Source: Octopus bimaculoides (lineage: Eukaryota). Taken from it: 43,235 nt of DNA. The position numbers and the translations under genes were made by a program. Below are positions 33,311 to 43,235 of this stretch, piece by piece. Location: NCBI RefSeq assembly GCF_001194135.2, contig NC_068986.1:53435026-53478260 (forward strand), given 5' to 3'. Under the pieces are notes generated by a model. That model had not been told where the DNA came from, ran no database searches, and was given only the letters and a program-made list of their open reading frames with translations. The stretch's first letter is position 1, and each line of letters opens with the position of its first letter.

Positions 33311-34020
33311 NNNNNNNNNNNNNNNNNNNNNNNNNNNNNNNNNNNNNNNNNNNNNNNNNNNNNNNNNNNNNNNNNNNNNNNNNNNNNNNNNNNNNNNNNN
33401 NNNNNNNNNNNNNNNNNNNNNNNNNNNNNNNNNNNNNNNNNNNNNNNNNNNNNNNNNNNNNNNNNNNNNNNNNNNNNNNNNNNNNNNNNNNNNNNNNNNN
33501 NNNNNNNNNNNNNNNNNNNNNNNNNNNNNNNNNNNNNNNNNNNNNNNNNNNNNNNNNNNNNNNNNNNNNNNNNNNNNNNNNNNNNNNNNNNNNNNNNNNN
33601 NNNNNNNNNNNNNNNNNNNNNNNNNNNNNNNNNNNNNNNNNNNNNNNNNNNNNNNNNNNNNNNNNNNNNNNNNNNNNNNNNNNNNNNNNNNNNNNNNNNN
33701 NNNNNNNNNNNNNNNNNNNNNNNNNNNNNNNNNNNNNNNNNNNNNNNNNNNNNNNNNNNNNNNNNNNNNNNNNNNNNNNNNNNNNNNNNNNNNNNNNNNN
33801 NNNNNNNNNNNNNNNNNNNNNNNNNNNNNNNNNNNNNNNNNNNNNNNNNNNNNNNNNNNNNNNNNNNNNNNNNNNNNNNNNNNNNNNNNNNNNNNNNNNN
33901 NNNNNNNNNNNNNNNNNNNNNNNNNNNNNNNNNNNNNNNNNNNNNNNNNNNNNNNNNNNNNNNNNNNNNNNNNNNNNNNNNNNNNNNNNNNNNNNNNNNN
34001 NNNNNNNNNNNNNNNNNNNN

Positions 34021-34068
34021 CTACGGTCAGCCTTGATGGCCGTCAGGATCAACAGGTTCTGCAGATTC
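34021..34068 (-). CDS. CLTC: CLTC exon, 5' 48 nt only: (R)NLQNLLILTAIKADR; remainder lost in the N gap
   Basis: ctttttag|g aat ctg cag. About 136 nt (VMEYINRLDNYDAPDIA...AVQ-like) are expected in gap 33311-34020. Confidence 0.93.
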
Positions 34069-34379
34069 CTAAAAAGTATAACAAGAGATTGTTTTAATTA
34101 CAATTTTGATAAAAACAGAAATTTACTCAGTGAAAAAGTGGATGGCCATTACTTATTATAAATAATTTTATACTGATGGTTCTAAGTACAGCTATGTGGT
34201 TAAGTTCTCTTTGCAACCACATTGATCTGGGTTTGATTCTCCTGTACAACAACCCAGACAAGTATCATCTGCTATTGCTTTGGATTGACAGAGTGAAATT
34301 TGGTAAATGGAAACAGCAGGGAATACTGTGGTATATTTCATTTTTTTTAACTTGCTGGGTTTGAAAAGTCAGTGTTCAT

Positions 34380-35320
34380 AACCTTTGAAGGCCACCAAAA
34401 CCAGTGAGACTGATGCCACTAATGCTCTTCTTGAACTTTTTTAAGTTGACACCCATAGGAAATATAAGTAGGGAGGAAATTCTAGAGGGCAAACATTTTG
34501 AGAAGGAAGGACTGGACCATAGAAGGCTGGTTTGGACACAACAAAAGTGATAAAGAGAAGAGAGACAAGTAAGGTGGAAATATTTAAGTGATAGTGGCAG
34601 CACTAGCCCAGCTACCTAATGAGCAGAGGCCATTATAGTAGTGGATACTGGCAGAGAACAGATGGAGTATGCCTGCGATTTTATGCTAATCAGTCAAGTG
34701 GCCCTTTTCTGGATATGATCTAAGATGCCTGCATTTGCAGCTGATACAATGAGAGACAGAAAGAGCTCAGTCAACATATGCAGTAATAGTGTGGATCTGA
34801 TAAGAAGCTACTGATCTGAGAGATGAGAGACAGGTGAAGCTTATTGACAGGAAAATTTGATAGATTTCTATACCAGACCTGGCTGAAAGCTTTGCTACTA
34901 TCAAGGAAAACAATACTGCTTTCATCAAATTCCTCCAAGGTAGGAGTCCATTGGTGGGTCACAGAAGATAATCAGTTACCAGTGGAAACCATACTAGTGC
35001 TCATTAAGGGGAGAGAAATTTAAGATGCAGAGTCAGAGAGGTTGCCTTTCTTGGGAATGAGAGACTGAAGTATAGGGGATAGACCTGGGGTGCAATGTTT
35101 GAGGGTAATGGAAGGGACTGATGGCCTTGTTGGCTTGAAGCGACTGAAGATATCATCTCCACTTGGAACGTTTTTATGTAAGGTAGATTTGGAAGGGGCT
35201 AGAAATGGAGATTTGCCAAGTGTGTTCAGTGTGGAGTTGGCTGCAATGGTGAAGGTCTTCTCTATGAGGCTTCAAGTCAAAGAATCATTGTTGTCATCAT
35301 GGTGTGTGTGTGTTTGTAAG
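34380..35320 (-). mobile_element. CR1/L2/Jockey-group LINE remnant (RT and C-terminal region) with multiple deletions
   Basis: - strand fragments in order: ITLKHCTPGLSPIL, IPKKGNLSD, STGN*LSSVTHQW, FLDSSKAFSQVWY (LDxSKAFDRVWH-like), LDHIQKRAT. The clade assignment is approximate. Confidence 0.78.
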
Positions 35321-35720
35321 AATTGATGCATAGGAAAAAAGTACATAGTTGTATTTAGACTAACAAGTTACATCCCTTCAGTGTACCATTTAATAAAAAG
35401 TCAATATTGATTAAAACCATTGAAAGTGTTGCCCCAACAGGATTACAGTCTAATAAACAGGAGGCAATAAAAGAATCTAAAATTAATAGCCAATAATAAA
35501 AAGTAATTACTTAATATCCTGGTATAATGTTAACTAGGCCATACGAATGAAAATGAGCTGTACATTCAAACAAAGGAAAATAATGAGAGTGAATATATCC
35601 ACCAGTGAAATATAGACTTCAAAATTTTTTACATATTACTGTTTCAAAATATAAGAAAACAGATGTACAGTAAATAAGACCTACACAGTGCACTATCCAG
35701 CTAATATTAAAAATAATTTA

Positions 35721-35867
<147 letters not shown>

Positions 35868-36130
35868 CTACAGAAATATGAGGATGATAGAAAAAATGTG
35901 GCCAACAATATTGAAATATACCATTAGATAAAAAAACCAAAAATTATATTAACAGCATGTCACAAGTATAAAACACAAGTGTAATTTACAGTTTCAGAAT
36001 TTGATGTTTTAACAAGTAATTCTCTAGTTAGTCGTTTTTTATGAGAAGAAAAATAAAATCTTCAGTGATCTAAAAAGTAGGTTTTTACCTCCTCACAACA
36101 AAAATTTATTCACTATTTATAGATGCTAAC

Positions 36131-36253
36131 CTGATCGATGAGTTGTCTTCTATATTCATTCTCTTCTTTTAACACAATAGCCCAAAGATCTGGATCCCTT
36201 CTTCTAACTAAGTAACGAGACTCGCTCTTGAATAAAGAGTTTTCATTGCAAAC
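36131..36253 (-). CDS. CLTC: CLTC exon (123 nt): [41 protein letters not shown]
   Basis: ttgtag|gtt...cag|gttagc. Confidence 0.97.
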
Positions 36254-36618
36254 CTACAACAGAAAGAATAGAAAATTTAGACAATGACATATTAGAAAAT
36301 CAAGAACAAAATGTCACAAGTAAAAAAAAAAAAGAAACTAAATAAACCCTTACTTAACCCAAGTAAACATTTTAATTTCCTGTATGTCAACATTTCCAAA
36401 AATGGACATGTGTTTTTATGTATTAGTGTAAATAAACATTAAGATCAAGTAATTCAACAAGATATTTAAAAAGTATAAATAATACTTGCATTCATTGTAA
36501 CTGTGGCCTTTATTTATTTATTTTTTTAGCTATGATGTAAAATAGGCTTTATCATATTATTTTATTTTATTTTTTGAACGAAGTGAAATTACAAACTTTA
36601 AATAAAATGTTAACTCAC

Positions 36619-36730
36619 GTTAATCAATTCCTGATCACATAATCCTCTCTCATAAGCCACACAAGCTAAGTGCGGATCTCGTTTCTCACAGTACTTGCCA
36701 ACAATCCTACTATCATAGTACTGGTTTTCT
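36619..36730 (-). CDS. CLTC: CLTC exon (112 nt): (R)[37 protein letters not shown]
   Basis: tttcag|a...aac|gtgagt. Confidence 0.97.
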
Positions 36731-37975
36731 CTGAAACAATAAATTAGAAACAAATAATATTGTCTCTTCAAGCAAGACATTTTAATATTTGCTTGGGAGA
36801 AGGGCATGGAGTTTTGTAATCTTAACTTTTCTTATAGCACAAATGGAAGAAGAAAAAGATTTCAGTTTAGAAATCAGATCATCAGTAGCTAACCCATTTC
36901 TCTGTCATTAGTAAGGATAAAAGAAAATCGAATAGTAGAATAGACAAATATTAGGACAAGACAAGAAACTAAAACAGAATGTGACCACTGACTGGTTTAT
37001 GCATATCTAACCAGGAATGATCTTTCATCCACTAAGTTGTTTAATTATCATGAAAATTCAGTAAAATTAGTTATGCATAACATATGAGGAAGAATGCATC
37101 CAACTAAGACAAAAGGCTTCAACTAATGGAGCTAAAGCAGCAATAAGCTGACTTCAGTTTATGTGAATACACAGAAGAATATGTAACAAAATGGTGTATC
37201 ATCTCATAGAACTACCAAAAGCCAGGAGAGAGTTTCTATTTATCTGGTTACTCAACTTGCTAAAAATAGACAGCACTTCCGATAACAGGAGAATTAACAG
37301 TGATACCAGCTGTATCTCCTGTAACAGAATTGATGGTTTAAGGTGTAATTTTTCACATGAAGTGCAACCAGGTCTTATTACCGTTTCAAAAGTAAAACCC
37401 AAATAGAATATTTAGAATAAAAAGCCTTAATCTAGTCTCATACTTCAACCATGCATGGTTACTGTGTAAAGCTAAACTAAATTATTCACTGCACAGCAGA
37501 TCCTTACTCATCTCTAGGTATTGATTATACTAATACTTAACACTTTCCCCTTGTGCATAGAAAAATACTTTAAGGCAATATCATGCAATGATTTACAATG
37601 ATACAGTTCCTACTTTTAAACAGATATAAATTTTAGGAAGTTAATTTATCTTACAACAATATGCACACAAACTGGTATACAAAAAGGAAAGTACATGAGT
37701 TACTATGAAGAGGAATAATTTACGTATTTGCTTAGAACATTTATTTTCATTTAAATGATAATGTACCCAGAATTAAAGGGTGAGAAGACAAAATGTAATT
37801 AGAAAAAGTAGGAATAAACAGCAATAGATATGAGCCAAATGTAAACTGTACTAATGCTTAGGGGAAGAATAACAGCAGCGCATCAATTATTTGAATAATA
37901 GTAGTAAATAATGATAAAAATATGAAAAGTTAAGTTCTTCAAGTATCATATGTACTCAAAGAATACACATTAATA

Positions 37976-38886
37976 TTGGGTCATCCCATGAATAATGCTT
38001 TATTTTATACTTTTATTTTTCAAAATTAAGATAAAGTTCTTTTTTAATCTAAAATATACACTCCTTCATTTTCTACAATGCTCTTCCATCTATCTGGTAG
38101 ACGTGCAAGAGACCTCTTCCAAAATTCACTTGTCTGTGATGAAAAATACTCCTCCAGTTCTTATCTCGTCTACTGAGTTCATATTTTTCTTTCCAAATGA
38201 TTTTGAAGACTGCGGAATAAATGATAATCAGATGGGGCAATGTCCGGCAAATATGGTGGGTGGGCATCATTTCCCGTTCAAAATGCTCCAGCCTTTGGAA
38301 TATCATCCTTGTTGTATGTAGCCAAGCATTATCCTGATGGAAGAACACCTTTTGTCTTGAAACCAAAGATAGTCATTTTCCTTCTAGCACTGACTTGAAT
38401 GACTGGTTGAATAACCAAATCCAAGCTTCTCTGCTAGTTCTTGAACAGTTACGATGGTATTGTGTTCCACCACGGTTTACAGGACATCCTTGTTGAGCTC
38501 TACAGATCTTCCAGGATGAGGTTAGTCTTCTAGGCTGTCGTTTTCAGCCCGGAATTTCTGGAGCCATCATTGACACTGGCTTATGCTTATTGTCCGATCC
38601 CCATAGACTGTATTAATATTCCTTGCACTTTCCATTGCACTGTTGTCTTTATTGAACTCATAAAGCAAAATATGCTGAATATGCTCCTTTATCACTTCTA
38701 GTGATAGCTTTGAAAAAAATAACTTAAAATTGAACAGCACTCTTCAATACTTGCACTAAAATTAAGTAAAAGGCAAAACTACTACCTGCTTTTATAGCAA
38801 GTTGATGCAGATAGTTTATCCCATCCCCCTCCGACTTTTAGTTCATGCAACTGAAAAAAAACTGCATTATTCATGGGATGACCCAA
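37976..38886 (-). mobile_element. Mariner deletion derivative (about 911 bp) with two intact TIRs and TA duplication; same family as 27909-29130
   Basis: TA-TTGGGTCATCCCATGAATAATGC (37974-37998) is the exact reverse complement of 38864-38888. - strand motifs FHQDNA and HPPYLPDIAPSDYHLFRSLQNHL. The TGDEKW-HFELL segment is deleted. Confidence 0.95.
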
Positions 38887-39300
38887 TAGTTTAGAACATG
38901 AACCAATTAGAGCAGTTAACTACTATGTAAAAATGAAAGTGATGAAAAACACTACATAGTAGCAACAATAGTGACTGATTATTTAGTATAATCATCGTAA
39001 ATTTACACATCAAATTTGAAGCCAGCTATAAAACTCTTAAATGATCGTTCAATTTACAAGGAACAAGATTTGTATCTGCCCTATTGACACACCCTACTAT
39101 CTTAAAAAGAGGACAAACATGTTGGACAATGTAGTTGTATACAAATTCTGTCTGAATGAAAGACAGGGTGATCATGACTAGAATGCTTTAGATAGTATGT
39201 TGGCCCTGAAGCTAAGCAACCATATATTAAATACTTTATTTTTCTCATTTATTTTACTTTTTGACAGAGATGTCACAGAAAAAATAAAAGTTTTTCTTAC

Positions 39301-39423
39301 CTCAGAAATCTTTCAGGATTATTATTACTGTCAATGTAAATTTTGGCTAAGGCATTGTGGGTGGCTGATTCAGTCACACCCTCATGAACTCTCATTTCTA
39401 ACCAAGGAAGGAGGAGTTTCAAT
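39301..39423 (-). CDS. CLTC: CLTC exon (123 nt): (R)[40 protein letters not shown](R)
   Basis: ttgcag|a...ctg ag|gtaag. Manual translation. Confidence 0.96.
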
Positions 39424-39904
39424 CTGCAAAAGTAAATAACAGAACACTTAGAAAATCAGAAGCCAGATTCACAATTTCTTCTCATTTCATTACTGTCCAT
39501 CATTAGTCAGTGGCTATGATGGGGTATTCACATTTTAGGTGAAAGTCAATTATATTGGCTCCAGCACTTATTTTATCAACCTTGAAGAATGAAAGATAAA
39601 GAGGATCAGAACATGCTTTGAATGTAACCAAACACCACAGAGTATTTTGACACTATTGGTTCTGCTATCGATTCACCATATATTTGTTCATTAGTTCTGT
39701 GCTAAAATGGGTTAGATGAATACTTATTCGACCACTGTTTTAGAATCAGATGCCCTTCTTGTCACTCACCCATATCTATTTTTCAACTATGAGATTTTTT
39801 ATTCCATTTATCTATAAATGCACAGTGGTTGATATATTAAGGGAAGTCAACAATGACATCACTAGTTTTTTTGTCCACTATTTCATGTGAGGATGTGGAA
39901 TGTA

Positions 39905-40060
39905 AATATTGATTTCAAATTTTGGCACAAGGCCAGCAATTTTGGGGGCATGGATAAGTCAATCATATTGGCCCAATCTTCAACTGGTACTTATTTTATT
40001 GACTCTGAAAGGATGATAGGCAAAGTTGACCTTGGCAGAATTTGAACTCAGCAGAATGTA
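39905..40060 (-). mobile_element. SINE family B, partial
   Basis: tttggcacaaggccagcaat...caactggtacttattttattgactctgaaaggatg...gaatttgaactcag. Confidence 0.8.
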
Positions 40061-40074
40061 AATACTGACACATA

Positions 40075-40235
40075 TACACACAAGCTGCCATACAGATTCT
40101 GTCTTCCAATTTCACTCACAAGGACTTGGTTGGCCTGAGGGAATAGCATAAGATAATTTGCTCAAAATGCCATTGAGACCATGTGAGAACAAGGCCAACT
40201 CCATATCTACACAGCCACATGCATGTGTATGTATG
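40075..40235 (-). mobile_element. SINE family A head, decayed
   Basis: ccaatttcactcacaaggacttggttggcctgagg...acagccacatgc. Confidence 0.6.
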
Positions 40236-40588
40236 TATAATTTAAGTTTGGCTTTCAAGGACACATTGCAAAGTATATACAGATTATTTTGTGAGAATGG
40301 TGAAGTATACTGAAGTGTGATGCTTTTATATGTACAATTTTAAAATATCAAAAACACACTGATCTTGAATTTGAAGAGAGAGACAGTATTATCTTCCCAA
40401 TAGAGTAGGACAGATTAGTCAAATTTCATAAAAATTCACACCTTTATAAGAGAGAAAAAGTTGCTTGAAATACATGGCAAGAAAAGAGAAAGTGAAAAGC
40501 AAACAGTAACAAGACAAAGGGAGAAAGAAAGGAGATAAATGAGCTTGCAAGAAAGTATTAGTTGTAGATATAACAGGAGATAACATAC

Positions 40589-40731
40589 CTATTTCTTTTC
40601 TCTACCTCTTCAACCAGCTCGTCTGTGGAAAATTGTCCTTTCACAACCATAATAAGTTGCTTAATAACATCTTCAGAGCAATCAACATCAAGTAGGCCTC
40701 CCACGACAACAGGGAGTCGGCCAGGGTTTAC
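40589..40731 (-). CDS. CLTC: CLTC exon (143 nt): [47 protein letters not shown](R)
   Basis: gtgtag|gta...aat ag|gtatgt. Manual translation. Confidence 0.97.
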
Positions 40732-41139
40732 CTACACAGTAAAAAAAGAAAAAAAAATCATTGTTCAATAATCAATGTTTAATTGAGGGATTTCAGAAGA
40801 AATAGTACAACATTCAAACACTAATTTGATGCTTTATCACACAAATATTAAATTATCTTTGTTAAAATAATTTAGTCCATTAGTTAAGTAGAATCTTTAT
40901 ACAGTTAACTAGGTTGTGCAATGGGATGGAGAAATTGTAATGCTTATGCCTTTTCCCAAAATATTAGCAACATAGGTAACAAATATAAAATCAAGAAATA
41001 GATTCAGCTTGTAGACAAATTATTGAAGCACCTCTTTTTTGCAACAATTACACACACACACAAACTAAAACTGTACAGCATTATATGCTGCATAAAATTA
41101 CTGAGCTTGCTTTTATCACTTAAAAACAGGTGTATCTTC

Positions 41140-41450
41140 CCATTTTACCATGTGTGCCTGGGTCAGATGAAATTTGTCAAGGCAGATCTGTGGTTGGATG
41201 CCCTTTCTGTCAGTCAGCAACCCTTCTTACCCATTTTCAAACAAGGTAATACCATCCCATGGCCAGATATGTTTTCACAGCAAATTGGAAATGAATAATA
41301 CCACTTGTAAAACAGTGACACTCATTTACAACTATCATGAGATGTCAAGACAAGAACTTGCACACAATTAGCTCTTTCAGTTTCTATCAACCAAGGCCAC
41401 CCATAAGGCTTTGGTTGGTCTGGGACTATGGTAAAAGGCACAGCCCAAAA
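41140..41450 (-). mobile_element. SINE family A with type-2 3' half, partial
   Basis: Matches 12395-12720 (ttggatgccctttctg...cttgtaaaacagtgacactcatttacaacta...ctttcagtttc...aaggctttgg). Confidence 0.75.
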
Positions 41451-41610
41451 ATCACATAACCAGGTTTATGCCTATTGGTTAAAAAAAAACCCCCAAAAAA
41501 CAGAAGACTTCCGACTATAAAGATACCCATATGCAAATATCCAAATTTGAAGAAACAAAATCATTCCAGTCATTCTTATAAGGAAAAATTGATGCAAAAG
41601 CAGGTCTTTA

Positions 41611-41838
<228 letters not shown>

Positions 41839-42477
41839 TTAGCAGAAACAATTAATGTGCCAAATAGAGACATCTTTAACCATTTAGATCAGGAGTTGGC
41901 GAATTGGGGTAAAAATGAAATTCTTGGGGGTAATGAGGACTCGTTACACATCAATAAAATTATATAAAAAACATGTTCCTTGTTACAACAGAAATTTTCC
42001 TTCCGGCAACACTGCATCTGTCCAATGTAATGGAAATATTTTGGAGACATCATGCCATTTTGAACTACAAACAACTTGGTCACTAAGGCATTGTCAACAT
42101 CATTTCTCCAAAACTTGAAGTGAAAAAGTTTCTAAAAAAATCCCCGTGTTTCATAATGAAGATATTAATTTATTTTATTGCATTTGTTTCATACTTTTTA
42201 TATTTTTAATTGTATTTATTCTCCATAAACAGATTTAATAAACCTTTTAAATTCGAAGAATCTATGATTTTCCTCCTTCCAAATCAAGTGAATAACATTG
42301 GTGTAAATAAATATATTTTGGGGTAATTGCTTACAAAGTTTCCTGACCTCCGCTTTAGATAATAACTCGCCTGAGACTACCCCTAGTTCTATGATACAAA
42401 ATTATCCATTTTTAAGTGTTCATATTGAAATTGAAACTTTGTAAGAATCTATTGTTACTCTCCAAACATCAGATTAA

Positions 42478-42690
42478 TAATACTTTCTACTATAGGCACA
42501 AGGCCTGAAATTTTTGAGGAGTAGGTCAGTTGATTACATTGACCCCAGTGTTCAACTGGTACTTATTTTATTGATCTTAAAAGGATGAAAGGTAAAGTTG
42601 ACCTCAACAGAATATGAATTCAGAGCATGAAGATGGATAAAATGTTGCTAAGCATTTTTATCCAGCATGTTAATGGTTCTGCCAGCTCAC
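42478..42690 (-). mobile_element. SINE family B, near full length
   Basis: ggcacaaggcctgaaatttt...caactggtacttattttattgatc...ttctgccagctc. Confidence 0.82.
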
Positions 42691-42785
42691 CACTATAAAC
42701 ACCAGATTAATAACAGAAAATGCTATTAGGGAGTAGTACACCAGCATGATCACAGTCCTATGGCTAAAACCAACAAAAGAATTTA

Positions 42786-43025
<240 letters not shown>

Positions 43026-43235
43026 TTATTATTATAATAATTACAGTTAATATACAATGAAGATCACCTCTTACACATTTTAAATAAATTAACAAAAATA
43101 TGTGAAATATAAAACTAAGAGTTCTCTAATACTGGTAAAGAAAAACTTGTACAGTATTAGAATGCAATAACTTCAGTACTTTAAAGAATTTATAAGTAAT
43201 AAATACAAGTACAACTTTAAATCCTGAAATTTAAT

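Overview
AT-rich animal genomic DNA from a gapped scaffold assembly (nine N-runs). The SINE and LINE sequences resemble Octopus repeats, so coleoid cephalopod origin is inferred, not shown. There are two convergent intron-rich genes. (1) On the + strand, the last three coding exons of CRIPT (cysteine-rich PDZ-binding protein) at 3675-3809, 8234-8251 (an 18-nt microexon) and 10030-10094. Its N-terminal exons are not visible and lie upstream or in gaps. (2) On the - strand, the 3' ~60% of clathrin heavy chain (CLTC/Chc): 17 coding segments from 42991 down to the stop at 19124, all with GT-AG ends and consistent phases, one cut by an N gap. The rest is intronic or intergenic and holds an uninterrupted RTE-LINE RT fragment missed by the ORF track (1-312), a decayed RTE 3' end, a CR1/L2-type LINE remnant, three Tc1/mariner-type families (a 224-bp MITE, two copies of a D,D34D mariner, one internally inverted mariner), at least three tRNA-headed SINE families and microsatellites. 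I found no prokaryotic-type system and no confidently new system. The best leads are the CRIPT microexon, a 34-bp near-perfect hairpin, SINEs carrying an RTE-derived tail, an inverted SINE pair between the convergent 3' ends (possible ADAR substrate), CLTC intron gain/loss, and several small rearrangements. Comparisons with human proteins and exon sizes are from memory and need confirming by alignment.
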